A DNA stretch of 64,000 bases. Origin: Guillardia theta CCMP2712 (Eukaryota; Protista; Cryptophyta). Below the pieces are notes generated by a model. That model saw only the letters and a program-made list of their open reading frames with translations. It did not search any database and was not told the origin of the DNA. A program made the position numbers and the translations under genes. The stretch is taken from the NCBI RefSeq assembly GCF_000315625.1, contig NW_005434657.1:908130-972129 (forward strand), given 5' to 3'. Of the stretch, positions 1 to 14,067 are shown in pieces (positions within the stretch are counted from its first letter, which is position 1; every line of letters starts with the position of its first letter).

Positions 1-93
1 GACACCAGGCAAACCTGCACTGCTACAAGCTTCAGGACATTCTCCTGATGTTCTGCTTCGATTTCCTCAGCTGTTCTGGTTAATTCTTTCTTT

Positions 94-146
<53 letters not shown>

Positions 147-880
147 ACCTTCTTCCTCCTCATCACTCCGATCGTCATCATCCTGCATTGCGTTTTTAAA
201 GTGAGTCGAAAGGTTCATTGTTGACCTGTCTGGCATCGCTGTCATCTTCATCTTCTAAGCCATCATCGTCATCGTCATTATCATCGCCTCGATCCCCAAA
301 AACTTGTTTTCTTGACACAGCTTTGCCCTTGTACCTGACCAAATCCTTGAGAAAACACTCGAATTGGGATATACAAATGGTAGTACTCTTCATCGTCGAT
401 ATCGATGCTAGCTCTGTAAGGAAGTTTCTCTTTGGCGCTGCAGATGCATGTCACAACGAGCAACTGGCAGTGAAATGCTAAGAACTCACCTCTGGGCTCG
501 CTCATTCGGCTGAACTTGTTCGAACTCTGCAAGAAGGGCATGAGCTCCAGCAAGTCGGCGAATCAGTGACAAAGATTACTCACCATCAAGCTCATCATCA
601 TCGTCTGCGCCTTTTAGATCAGCCTGATGATCGTCGAATGCGTCGGGGTCGTACTGCTCCGCTGGTGCTGGACCACTGCAGAGATGGGGCCGCACGTGCA
701 AGCAGAAACCACATCAGGGTGGAGGCAAGCCATGGGAGACAAAAGAACAGGAAGGGGGGAGAGTAGGGAGGAGGGAGAGAGAGAAGACACAAGATCAAAG
801 CATAAAAGAACATCATCATGCGCATCTGCTCACCTCAGCAGCGCCTTGAGCTCCTCGTGCAGCGACTTCTTCTTCACCAT
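1..880 (-). CDS. AATF: AATF/Bfr2-like nucleolar protein, 5' part (multi-exon, runs off the window edge)
   Basis: ATG at 880 reads MVKKKSLHEELKALL then a GT donor. Downstream exons give KLPYRASIDIDDEE / YKGKAVSRKQVFG followed by a long D/E tract. This resembles the AATF/Bfr2 N-terminal YxGKxxSRK motif plus acidic region. Confidence 0.55.
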
Positions 881-1818
881 GGCTCCGCACCAAATATTTT
901 TACTCAAGTGCGACAGGCGGGGCGGTTACATTAAGTTACTTTTCGGTTATTATTTCATGCCTAAGACCGTTATGTAAGGGTACGTTTGTCAAAGGTGGAG
1001 AATTTCCCTACCCCCACCCCTAGATTCCATGACCTCGAGGAGGTGAAATCGGACTCATGGTGCCAGGGGTGACCCACCCCCAACTCTTTTTGAATACCCC
1101 CCACCCCATGCCATGAATCCCCTACCCCCGCCAACAATTGATCCCTAGGAATGGGCTGTGAGATCCAATTTTTTCATCAAATTCTACCAGTAAACTTCAA
1201 AACATTGCGAATTATTGATTACTATTGCAACACGAGCTGAGATTTGACGAGTACCCCTACCCTACGAGATATTTCTTCACCCCTTCACAGTATACCTCAC
1301 CCCAGGAACTTCCAGAGGGAGGGGCGCCAGGCGGGATGGCGAGGGAGCGTGAGCAGGAACTGTGAAGGGAAGACAGAGGATCAGGTGCGTGCAGTCAGTC
1401 TGCTTCTGAAGATTTGTTTCATCCTCCCTCGCTTCCTTTCCTGCCCTTCGTGATACCCAACCTTCTCTTCCTCTTCCACCATTTCCCACCGCTGCCGCTT
1501 GTTCCTTGCTGATGCGATGCCCCTGGTGTTTGTCGATTCTCTCTTTCTTCCTGTCCATTGTAGTGTTCCTCTTGTGAATTCGTTCTTTTTCTTGCAATGA
1601 ATTATCTCTCAATCCTGTTGTATGCTTGAAAAGAACAGAAGACATAGTTTTGACATGTTTTCCACGTGCTGCCTCCACTTACGTCACTCTCCAACTTGAC
1701 TATCCCCCCACCTTCTCAACCGGCATGCTGTCTGACTCTATGTTGACTTGCAGGTACATTCTCTGAAGTGCTTGGAGCCTGAAGGATTGGGGAAGGAACA
1801 CTTCTTCCATAAGCCATC

Positions 1819-4800
1819 ATGCTCACAGACAACTTTGAAACACATGCAAACCGTTTTCTTGATCCTGATCTTCCTGCCAAAGATCGACTTCAGCTGGCCC
1901 AGGAGATCAGGGAAAGCATTGAGATCGTTCAGACATCAGAGTATGGAAACTTTCTCCAGCATTTCGTGAAAGCATTCGACACATACCTTCGAGGAACGAG
2001 TAATGAGCATTCTCCGTATTACTCGCCACCGAATGAGAGGTTCAACACTGAATCACCAGCCTACAAGACTCGCTCGGTTTTGTTGGAGATTTTGAACCGC
2101 GTTCCCACAACAGAGGTTTTGAAGCCATTTGCCCCAACGTTGCTGAAGCTTTGCATGTTCTTGCTGGAAAACGATGATGAGGACAATGCTGTTATCTCAC
2201 TTCGTATCATCCTTGACTTGCACAAGACCTATAGGGCTCAGCGTATTCAAGGTGGCCAGACCATTCCCGGTCTTCTTGAAGGAGATGTTCAACCGTTCTT
2301 GGAGTTTGTGTCCAGGGTGTATCAGAACTTTCCAAGAACACTGCAGGATGCTTTTGCTACTTCCCCACAGGGTCAGCCTCAGCAAAAAGTTAGGCGCAGT
2401 ACAGAATCCTTCAAGGTGGTAACAGAATGCCCTCTGATCGTTATGTTTCTTTTTCAGCTTTACGAATCATACGCACCTACGAATGTACAGACGCTCCTTC
2501 CTCTAATGGTGAAAGCCATCAATCTGAGAGCACCTGCCAATGCCCGACAAAACCCAGCCACATTATCTCTCTTCGTTGACTTCATAGCCGCACAGGTCAA
2601 GACACTGAGCTTTCTTACATACTTGCTGAGGGGTTCTGCTGACTGGGTCAAACCACACAAAGATATTATTCCCTTGAGTGTCGTACAGTTGCTCGTCAGC
2701 TGTCCTCATGACAGTATTGCAGTGCGCAAGGAACTCTTGGTTGCAACACGACATATCCTAGCAACAGATTTCCGTGAGGGCTTTTTCAAGCATGTGGATA
2801 TTTTCTTGGATGAAAAGTTGCTTGTTGGGCCAAGCCGAGGTGCAGGAGACTCTCTTCGGCCACTGGCTTACAGTCTGCTAGCAGAAGTTGTGCATCATGT
2901 ACGATTGATGCTGACTATGCCACAATTATCCAAAGCTGTTCATCTATTTTCTCGGAACGTTCATGATTCTTCCTTACCTCTGACTGTGCAGACAACATCG
3001 ATCCGACTTTTAATGAACTTGGTGGAAGGTATTTATCACAAGCACAATCAAGATCAAGACAAGGTTGGAGCGGCTCAGGTGATCAATCAACCGTCGGCCA
3101 ATACAGCGGCAGCAGCAGCAGCAGCTGAAGCAAGTGTCAAGGGACGAAAGCTCTTAGTCCGAATTCTTGATACTTTTGTCAGGAAATTTGGAACTCTGAA
3201 GGAGTACACCAAGAAATTGTGCGAGGCAAGAAAGACAGACAAACATGATACCCCCTATTTCCAATTGGAATTTATGCCGTTTCGAAGTGGGTCTTTGAGT
3301 GACATTGTGATCGATATCAACAAGGAAATCACAGACTGCAAGCAGTTGATCAAGACGCTCATTGTAGCAGTACGCACCGTGGTGTGGAGTGTGTCGAATG
3401 TCAAAGGTCAATCTGCCAGAGGCATGCAAGAGCATGAATGTCTAATCACAGCAAAACTTCTCAAGCATGGACTGAAGTGCTTTAGTATCTATGGATCCGA
3501 AGAGGGAACACCTTCGAAGGAAGAAAAGGAAATTCTTGATCTTTTCGCGGGTGTTTTCACTGTTTTGGACGAAAGAACGTTTCGAGATGTATTTATTTTG
3601 AACCTCCACATTCTTTTTAAGCACATTCTTTCGAATGAAGTATGCATTGCAATCCCACAGCATTTCATCACAAATCAGACGGTGACGAGAACCTTCACGG
3701 ACATCCTGCTTACATTTCTGGTTGCGAAGATTAAGGAACTCAGTAACAGTGATAAGCATGAGGGACAAGTGGTTTTGAGCCTTTTCAAAATCATCTTCCA
3801 TGGAGTCACGAATTTTCCCGAGAATGAGACAGTCTTGCGGGCGCATGTTCGTGCGATTGTGATTGCTTGTTTGAAGCACGCGATGCAGGAGAAAAGGCCA
3901 ACCTGTTATTATCTCCTGTTGAAGACATTTTTTCGATCGGTATCTAGTGGCAAGTTTGAGATGCTGCAGAAGGAATTCATTCACTTGCTGAAGAACCTGT
4001 TGGAAAACCTTTGTAAGCTTCTCACACAAGCACAGGAGGATGACACTCGCGAGTTGCTTGTTGAGTTGTGCTTGTCAGTCCCTGCCCGTTTGAACTTCCT
4101 CTTACCTCACATCCCTCTGCTGATGAAACCTTTGGTTCAAGCTCTCAACGGAAGCCCTGAAATGGTTCACCTTGGACTGAAGAAGTTGGAATCATGGGTA
4201 GAGAGTCTTCAGCCAGCTTACCTTGACCCCCTTTTGCAATCGGTCAAGGATGATCTCATGCCTGCTCTTTACAAGCAACTACAATCAGGAAACAACCAAT
4301 TTGCATTGAGCGCCATTCGCATTCTTGGAAAACTTGGAGGACGAAATCGCCGACTTTTGCGCGATCAGGTTCCGCTTGAAGGCAAGGAGAACGGTGATGA
4401 CGGTGTTCGTGTGACAATCCAATTGCCCAAAGGCAATGCTGGTGTTGCTGTTGTGCAGTTGACTCTTGATGATGCTGTCAAGACTTCAATGACGCTTCTG
4501 GAAAAACCGGGAGTCGACGTTTACTACAAGAAGCAGGCAGTTCTTCTCGTAAAGAGTTGTCTGGGATGTCTGTTTCCACCTCTGAATGTCAAAGGCCCAG
4601 AAGGAGACGCGGACATGAAGCCCGCGTTCTCCTTGCAAGACGAATTGAATGCAGCTGAGGGAGTCCTTACCCACGTGAGCCCCGAGTTGATGAACAAGAA
4701 GGGCCTGGCGAAGCAAGCCGTGTGTCGCAAGGTGATTGGTGCAATCTTCCTTGCTGCAGCAAATCCAGACCTACACGAGGAGGTGAAGGGGTTGGTAGAG

Positions 4801-7800
4801 GGAATCTGCAGATATTTTGCTATTGCTGTGTCTCTCTGTCCACCACCCGAAGAAGGTGTTCCAAGGCCAGTGCACAGTGAATCAGTTCTTCTGGATGTTG
4901 CCATCGATGCGCTCTGCCAAGAGCAGAAGCCGAGGAATGATCGGAAAACCAATCTCCGCCCTTCGCCTCTTGAAATCTACCTCGATATCATCAATGAGCT
5001 CTGCACTCAGGAAGAAGCCTCGAAGCTGCCACTCTATGAGCAGCTGACAAGAATGCTCTGTCACCTCTGCTACCAACGGCCATGGTGGCAAAAGGTTGCA
5101 GGCTGCCTTGGATTGAAAATTCTGGTATCTAGAATGCCCATCACCAATCTCCTGACCCAAGAGTTGGGAATTGCCCGTGCTCTGCTCGCTATCTGGAAGG
5201 ATTCATCACAAGATGAGATCGCTATTACCTCAGAGAAAGCTTACTCGACCCTAGCCTCAGTCTTGCATCGTTGTCATAGTCCATCGAAGACTGATTCTGA
5301 AGTAGAGGGATTCGCCGAGAAGGAGAAAGCAGTGTTCAGAGAAGTTGTTGGACATCTGTCGCAGGAGCTAGCGGCTCCGAATTCCACCGTTCGCTCCAAT
5401 GTGCAGAAGCTTCTTGGAGAATTTGCTCAAATCACGAATAAGGCTGTCTCGGAATTGCTGGAACCACTGAAGTCATCTATTACTGGTCAAATCTTCAAGC
5501 GGCGATTGGGAAACTATCCTCTTCCAGTGCAAGTGGGGAATCTCGATGCACTGACTTACTTCCTCTCTCTCAAGCCACCATTCCTCGCCACCGAGTCCAA
5601 CCTCTATGTGGTCCTACAAGATGCTTTGCAATATGCAGAGATGGAGGATGGTCAGGGCATGCGCAATCAGCATGATGGAGCAGCGATCGCTCAGTTGGGA
5701 ACTCTCAGAACTCAGTGTGTACAACTCTTGAGAGCTGCAATGGCTTCTGCCGAGGTGAACCTTGCAGGTTCGCATCAGGAACTACGAAATCAGATTATCC
5801 TGATGTTCTTCAAAATTATCACAAAGGGATTTCCGGACGCTGTCGTGGCTGCAAGGGAAGGTCTAGCAGAGGTGCTGCAGACGCAGAAGGGGAAAGCTCC
5901 TTTCAAAGACCTTCTGCAGTCCAGCCTCCGCCCTGTCTTGGTCAATCTCGCAGACTATCGCAAACTGAATGTCCCACTGCTCGAGGGTCTGTCGAGGCTT
6001 TTGGAGCTTCTGAGCAGCTGGTTCAACGTCACTCTTGGTGAGAAACTCCTCGACTACCTGCAGAAGTGGGCCGAGCCGGAAAAACCTCAGCCGGCTGGTG
6101 CTCCCAAGGTTGTCAAGTCCAGTGAAGAGCCCAAAATACCTGCTGCGATCATCGAGCTTTTTCACCTACTTCCCCCAGCTCCAGAAAAGTTCATGGAGAA
6201 GCTAGCTAAGCTCACCATTGAGCTGGAGGACAAGTTGGTTGGAGGAGATTTCAGCCCTGTTAGAAGTCCTTACAGGGCACCCTTCACAAAGTTTCTCAAC
6301 CGATTTCCCTCTGAAGCTCTTGACTTCTTCTACGAAAGGCTTCGAGATTCTCAGTTCTGCAAGCTGTTTCAGTACATCTTGAGATCAGACGTTGCAAGCC
6401 CGCTCCGTGATGAAGTTTACAGATCGGAAGACAAGCTATTGACAGCTACGTTTCTTGTCGATGAGAAGAATCCCAACTACAATGAGCTCCGTTTCCAAGG
6501 TGTTACTATCGTGCGGACAATGTGCAAGTTCTTCCCAGATTGGCTGAAAGATTGCCCAAAAATTCTTGCACAGCTCCTTCGGATTTGGCAATCGAAGGAA
6601 CGGTTGATCAGGATCCAGCAGGAAGAGAACATGGAGCTCGATCACTTGCTGGAGTCAAAGAAATTGGTCAAGTGCTTGCTGTGCTATGCTAGGTCCCAGC
6701 CATCGGATCATGACGTGCTGTTCAACATGTTGACGATTTTTACTGTAAGATCCATTGTCGACTACTCCTTCCTCAAGCAGTACTATGCCAACGGAGTTGC
6801 AAACAACTATCGTCTAAGCACGCTCAAGGACAGAAAGAACATGATCATTGCGATGATCAACAAATGCAAAGAAAAAGAAGTTCCTCAAGAACTGAAAGTG
6901 CAGGCGCTTCAGTTGGTTGTGATTCCGACTTTGACCGCTGCTTTCAACAAGACGCCACAAGAAGAAATCTTGGATGACAAGACGATTGCTACAATCGTGA
7001 AGGACCTTCTGGACCCTGGGGATGAAATTCTCTTGACTTACGATGAGGCCTTGCACATTGAACTCTTGCAGCTTGCAACACTTCTGATTCGACACCTCAA
7101 GACTTCTCTTGTTTCCCACCGAAAGGAGCTCATCAAGTTTGCTTGGGATCGTCTAAAGCGTGATGAGACAACCAGTAAGCAGTGGGCTTACGTGAACGTT
7201 TGTAGGTTCATCGAGGCCTACGATGCTCCTCACAAGATCATCCTCCAAGTGTACGTGGCTCTCCTGAGAGCCTTCCAGCCAGAGCAGCGACCCTTGTTGA
7301 AGCAGGCGCTAGACATCTTGACTCCAGCCCTTCCTAAGCGTTTGCCTCCTCAAGATCACAAGTACCCGATATGGATTCGTTACACCAAGAAGATCATTGT
7401 AGAGGAAGGTCACTCCCTCCCCCATCTCATTCACATTTGGCACTTCCTAGTGCGACATGCGAGCCTCTTCTACACGAGCCGAGCTCAGTTTGTGCCTCAA
7501 ATGGTGAATTCTTTGAATCGAATCGGAATGGCAAATTCTTGTCCGCCCGAGAACAGAAAACTTGCGGTCGATCTGGCAGAGCTGGTGATCACCTGGGACA
7601 AGAAGCGCATCGAGGCGAGCAAGCCGACGGACAAGATGGCAATCGACGCCCCTCAGCCAGAGGCAGAGCGCTCTGAGCGCTCAGAGACGGAGAAGAAGCG
7701 CGAGGAGCCCGAGGGAGGAAAGGAAGATGCCAGCGCCGTCAAGAAGGCTCGCACAGACTCCGGGGCAGTCACAACGGCTGTCTCCCAACCCGCTACTGCC

Positions 7801-10800
7801 ACTACTCCAACGTCTGCTGGAACTTCCGCTGTTGCTACTGCTGGAGCTGCCGCTGGTACCGCTGCCACTGGATCCGCCACCAGTACCGTCGTGGCTGGCG
7901 CCACAGGTACTGCTGCTGCTGCTAGTGCAGCGGCTGCTGCTGCTGCTGCGGCGGCGGCGGCGGCGGCGGCGGCGGCAGGGCATCCTGCATCGGGAGACGA
8001 TGATTACCAGCCAAACGCAACCATGATCGAGATGGTTGTGAATTTTTTGATGCGAGTGGCACTTGTCACCGCAGAACAGAAGGAGCAAGGAAATCTTAGC
8101 GAGAAATGTGTGCAGCTGCTGGACACTGCTCTGTCGATTTGGCCGAATGCTGTCTTGAAATTTCAGTACTTCGAGAAGGTTATCGAGAAGAGCGACAATC
8201 ATGCCGCCAACATCTTCACTGGCCTAGAGATTATGAACACGTTGCTGCAGCGTAGCATGCTTGGTGCGATCGCATTGAATCAGAATGCGATCAAGCTGCT
8301 GCTGGACGTCTGCTTGCCATGCGACAATGGCAAAGTGATCGACGCTCTTTGTCGAATGGTGAGCAAGTTTGTTGACTTCCCAGCGCCGCTGGACGCGAAC
8401 GAATGTGTGACCAAGTTCATCACATGGGTAAAAGAGTTCATCGACAAGGGTCTTCAGTATGTTTCTGCCCAGCAGCCCCAGCAGACGACTGGGAGAGTTG
8501 AGCGATGCAGCATCCACAACGCAGAGAGGGTCCTACAGGCTCTTGCGCCCAAGAAGCCAGAGATTGTTGATGACTTCGCCCAGACCCTCGCTAAGGTAGT
8601 TCACAAGTTTGCGAGAGAGCACTGCCAAAACGTCCAGCCCAATCGCGCTCGACAGGTGGAGAGTCAACAGGATACGGAGGCTCAGGAGTTCATCACGAGA
8701 ATCCTCGTGATGGGAATCCAACTGTTGTCGACGCGCCTGAACATTCTCAATGATCAGAGGAAGAATTTCATCATCTCAATCTCAGGACTGATTGAACGAT
8801 GTACTCAATTAGAGAAGCCCAACGACCCTCAGGTCCTGTCTGAGGTCGCAAATATTGTCAGCAACTGGGTCACCGACCCCAATTCAGGCTTGAAGATCGT
8901 TGAGAAGACAAGCTTTGTACATAAGATGATGCAGTTTGAGAATGCGCGCAATCCAGCTCCCTATACCATATTCTTGCAGATGGTCTACGACATTATCTCA
9001 AATCCATCGCCTCCAGAACCTGAGCTTGTACAGAAGGTACATCGAGCATGCATGATAGGATTGAGATGCCGGGATCCGTCGATGAGGAAGAACTTCTTTC
9101 GGTAAGACTCTTTCGCCTACTCCCCGCCTGCTTGCTCCCGTCTAATTTGAACCTCAGGTACTTCGAGGGACAAGTGAATCGAAGTCTCTTCCATCGCTTG
9201 ACTCATATAATCCAGAAGCAAGAGTGGGATGCGATTGGCGACAGCTACTGGCTGAAGCACGCTGTGGAGCTCATCCTATGCATAGCAAATAGCAACACTA
9301 AGATAGGCGAAGGTTGCAAGTCGAGCAACAAAGAGCTCTTTCCGCCTGAAGGCAAATCTACAGCCATCTTGGATCAGAACGACTTATTCTTGAACGAGCT
9401 CTACGAGTCCACCATGGGAAATCTTTTACATCCTTTGTGCGAGTTACTACACCATAGCAACGCCCTTGCTCATAGCATGTGGATCGAATTGTTCCCGTAT
9501 TCTTGGTCCTCGTTGACTTCAGATGAGCAACAAGCTTTGACGAAGCCGCTTGGGATGCTCATTGCTAGAGATTGCAACAAATTCCAGGACCTTCGAAGGC
9601 CAAATGTTGTTCAGGTAAGAACTCTCGGTTCCTTAGTCCCACGTCTCACCTTGTTCTCAGGGTCTTCTCGAGGCTGTTCATCGTTGTCGCCCTCCTCCTG
9701 CCATCTCAGCTCCTGTGCTGAGGTTTGCAGGTCGAACGTTCAATGCCTGGCATTCTGCTTTGAGCATCCTCGAAGATCAGATCACGAGCCTGCAGTATTC
9801 GTCGGACGGTCGAAGGGATGATCCAGTCGAAGTCATCGATGCTCTCTCAGATCTTTACAAACGCCTGGGTGAGCAGGACGTCATGTACGGCTTGTGGTGT
9901 AGACAAAGTGTCATGCCCGAGAGCAAAGTTGCGATCTCGTACCTTCAGTTTGGCTGCTGGCAGAAGGCTCAAGACTCTCTCTTCGGCGCGATGATCAAGT
10001 CGCAGCAGTCGGGCTCATTGAGTAGCATCCCCAAGGCCGAGAAGACGATCTGGGAGGAGCAGTGGGTACAGTGCGCGAAGCATCTGAATCAGTGGGACAT
10101 GCTCACCTCGTATGCAAAGGAGATCAGTCAGTTCGACCTGCAGCTTGAGTGCTCCTGGAAGACAAGCGACTGGGCCGCGATGAGAGAACTCGTGCAAGAC
10201 CCGATGCCCTCAGACCCCGGACAAACAAAGATCTACGACATCTACAACGCTCTTCAAGAATGGCGTCTGCAGGATGCTGAGAAGCATGTGCAAGAAGCGT
10301 TCCAATATGCTCTCAAGAACTGGTGCTTGCTTCCAGAGGTTACTGTTCAGGCTTATGTTCCTCTCATGCAAACTTTTCATCAGCTGGTGGAGCTGAATGA
10401 ATCAGCAATGCTGCTTGATGAAGTGAACAAGAGCATGCGTCACAACTCAGTGCCGGATCTGAAGAACACCATCACTGCCTGGAGAGAGAGGCTTCCCAAC
10501 AAGTGGGACGAAGTGACTGTATGGTATGAGCTGCTCACTTGGAGGAACCACGTCTTCAAGATGCTGGTCGAATGCAATCAGAACCAGCAGGACATCAAGA
10601 CAGCGCTCAATGCCCTGGGACAGCACGAGGAGACTTGGACTCACATCAAGTTCGCTGAATCTGCCAGGAAACAGGGCCTGCCTCAGGTGTGCATTAACTA
10701 CTTGCAGAAGATCATGGCGGGTCCGGGGATTGAGGGCCAGCACACGTACTCCAAGATCCGCGAAGAAGCTCTCAGCCGCTTGGAGTTGGGCTCGCAGCCT

Positions 10801-13800
10801 GACCTTACTCAAGGGCTGAACCTCATCAACAAGGCCAACTTGGACTACCTGCAAAACCCTCGGGATCGAGCAGAAATCCTCCGAATCAAGGGAGAGTTTT
10901 TGTTCCGTGTGCCTGATCAGAGGAATCCGATGCAAATGAGAGTGAGCGAGGCAAACGACGTCCTCTCGACTGCTGTTATCACCGCCGACACTCAGAGCAA
11001 GACCTGGGTGAGCTGGGGCAATGTGCTTCACGCGATGCTTCAGGTGACCTCGCAAGGTTGTTAAAAGTGTTCTTATCTTTTGCCAGGCGAAGATCGACAA
11101 GGGAGGAAACACTCCAGCAGACGTGGACCAGAGAAACAAGCTCACAGCCGATGCGATGAATTGTTACCTTCAGGGAGTTCGCTATGGGTCAGAGAAGGCG
11201 AGGATGATGCTCGCCAAGGTTATCTGGCTCCTCGACACATACGATGAACAGGTTAGTCATCTGGTTCTTCTTGTGGGAGTTGAGACGCTCTGCAGCCTTC
11301 CTTGGGCGAGCACTTCGAGAAAAGCATCGACAACATCCCATCTTGGAACTGGATCAGCTGGATTCCGCTGCTGCTTGGGGCCCTTGCAAGGCCGCAGGTG
11401 AACCTGCAAGGATCGTGCAATTTGTTTTGCTCTGACTTTGACATAGGCGACAAGATTCCGCAAACTCCTCTCTAAGTTGGCTGCAGACTTTCCTCAAGCG
11501 CTCTACTGCCCATTGAGGCGATTCCTGATTGAAAAACAAGGACAAAGTCGAGCAGCAGATGGCGATGGCGGTACCTCAGTTCCGAAGGCAGCAACTCCAT
11601 CTGCTGCTGCAACTCCAGGAGCTGGAGGTACAGCTGGGGCTGGGGCTGGTGGAGCAACCGCCGGGGCCGCGGCCACTGCTGGAGCTACTGCTGGAGCTGG
11701 ATCTACCCCTGCCGCAGGCACAGGAGCTGCCGCTGCCGCTGCCGCTGGCCCTGCGGCTGCGGCTGCGGCTGCGGCTGTGGCTGCGGCTGGAACAGGAGCT
11801 ACAACCCCGCAAGCATCGACGTCGCAGGTGTGCTTGTTGTCATGTAGTGCCCACAGCGCTTCTGATGCGTCTCTGTACTTCCTCAGGGGGCTGGAGGCGT
11901 GGCTGCTAAGCAAGAGGCTTCGGCAGCGGGTGGAACCCCTGAAGCCAGAGCTGCGATGGTAGTTCGACAGCACGCGCAAGAGATCATGAAGCACCTGCGA
12001 GACACTCACCTTGCTTTCTTCCTGGAGACGGAGAGGTTCGTGGTAGAGATCACAAGGTCCTTCAAGCCTTCGTGGGAGCAGCAGCTGCAGCACATCATCA
12101 GTGCATGCATGGACTCAATGACCTCCCTCAACTTGTCGGCCCCGCTCACGACCGAGGTGATACATTTGCAGGGACAGTGACCAACTTCTTCCTCACGTTC
12201 GAGCAGGTCGCGGAGAAGGTGGAGAGTGCGCTGTCTGAGCTCCTGACTGTCTTGGAGCAGCAGCAAGAGCAGGTGGAATTGCAGAATGTTGTTGAGCACG
12301 TTTATTGATCTTTGAGCAGGAGAAAGGCAAGGGGCAGCCAAGCAAAGAGAGTTTGCAGCTCACTGAATTTCTCTCGACCTACAAGCCTCTGTTGACGGCA
12401 AGCTTCTTCAAGGAGAATGGATCCTACAGCTTTGCCACCAACAAAGATTTGTACCTCATGCTGCGCAAATGGCAAGTTGCGGTCCGACGTGAGTTGTCAC
12501 GAGCTGCAGCTCCGAAGCAGCTGGAGGTATTGGATGCTCCGTTCGTGTTGCTAGAAGTTGACTTGCATACAGTCTTTAAGCAGAGCTCTAGCCGAGTCCA
12601 AGGGGTCCCAGATGGAGGTTCCCGGTCAGTACCTGGATATGAATGAGCCCATGACAGACCAGCATGTCAAAGTAGACAGAGTTCTACCTGAGATCGAGCT
12701 GGTGGACATCAACTTGGCTTGTCATCGTCAGATCACAATCCGTGGCAATGATGGAAAGCTGTATCACTTCATCGTGGAGGCGACAGGCACAACTGTGAGT
12801 TCCAGTGACGAGAGGACCCTGTTTCTTTGCCAGTTCATGAATCGATGTATGGAGAAAGAGAAGCAGACGCGACGCAGGAACATGAACCTGCACCTTCGCC
12901 CCATCGTTGGCCTAGCCCCTCGATGCAGACTCATCTCTCACGACCCCAAGTCAATCTCCTTGTTAGAAGTTCTGGAAGATTTTCTCATCTCCAAGGGAAT
13001 GACTTCAGACGGCGTCGCTCTCAAGTTCGCTGAGAAAGCTCAAGCCTTGTACGCTCCTGACGTGTGCGTTGCTCTTGTGACGGTTGACGCAGATCCAAGA
13101 TAGAGAAGGACCCGCTCATGGCCGCTATGAACGAAGTGGCTGACATCCTGCCTGAAACCGTGCTGCTGGACTACGTCCGCTCTCAGATCCCTTCCAATGC
13201 ACACCTCTGGTCCTTCCGCAAGCATCTGGCTGTGCAGTACGCCTGCCAGGTCGGTCATGTTGTTTGTATCCTCCGTCGCTTACGAGCCTCCAGGTGTTGG
13301 TGTCCCATGTGCTGTTCACAGCTCCTCCTCCGCCCGCCAAGCTTGTACTTAGCCAGCTGCAGGGCGACGTCATGCTCCTTGCCTCAACTCCGGGCTTGAA
13401 CAAGGAGTGCACGAGGATGCAGGACTCGACAGACATGGTGCCGTTCAGGATGACCCGCATGCTCACGACGCTTCTCTCGCCCGTCGGGTTGGAGGGTGGC
13501 TTCTCCGCCGCGATGGGAGCTGCGGCCATGGCCCTCAATCATCCCAACCGCCAGCTGCGGCATCACCTGTGCATCCTCTTGAGGGAGGAGCTGCTGGCTT
13601 ATAGTAGCCCGACCCCTAAGCCCGGGCAGAGCGCTGCACAGTCAGTGACAGATCATGGACGTTCAGTGCTGGCTAGAGCCAACGAGTGTGCACAGCAGGT
13701 GAGGCCTCCTCCTCCTCCTCCTCCTCCTCCTCCTCGTCATCATCATCATCATCATCATCGTCCTCATCGTCCTCCTCCTCCTGTCAGGGGCGCGTCTCAT

Positions 13801-13987
13801 TTTATCACTGCAGGTGTCTCAAAGGGTCAACGACTTGTCGCCCATGACTGCCCTGGCTGCGGAGAAGGATGTCAAAGACGGAGAGCTCGGTCAGCCCATC
13901 AACGGCAAAGTCATCTCCCTCATTATGGCAGCGGCAGATCCCGTCAAACAGATTGCAATGCCCTGCTTATGGCACCCATGGGCATAA
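1819..13987 (+). CDS. TRRAP: TRRAP/Tra1 PIKK-family pseudokinase (SAGA/NuA4 scaffold), multi-exon
   Basis: A ~2427-aa first exon has Tra1 HEAT motifs (SFKVVTECPLIV, AAQVKTLSFL, RKELLVATRHIL, LRPLAYS, ELCLSVPARL). FAT-like exons follow (WRERLPNKWD), then a PI3K-like domain (EVPGQY, IRGNDGK, VPFRMTR) and a FATC end AMPCLWHPWA* (TAA 13985-13987). Introns include 9102-9157 and 9615-9660 (GT-AG). Confidence 0.95.
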
Positions 13988-14067
13988 GCTAGACTTGCAC
14001 TTGTATATAGTTTATTCGTCTCATCTCATCTCATCTCATCTTTCAATCATAATGAACACTTTCAATC

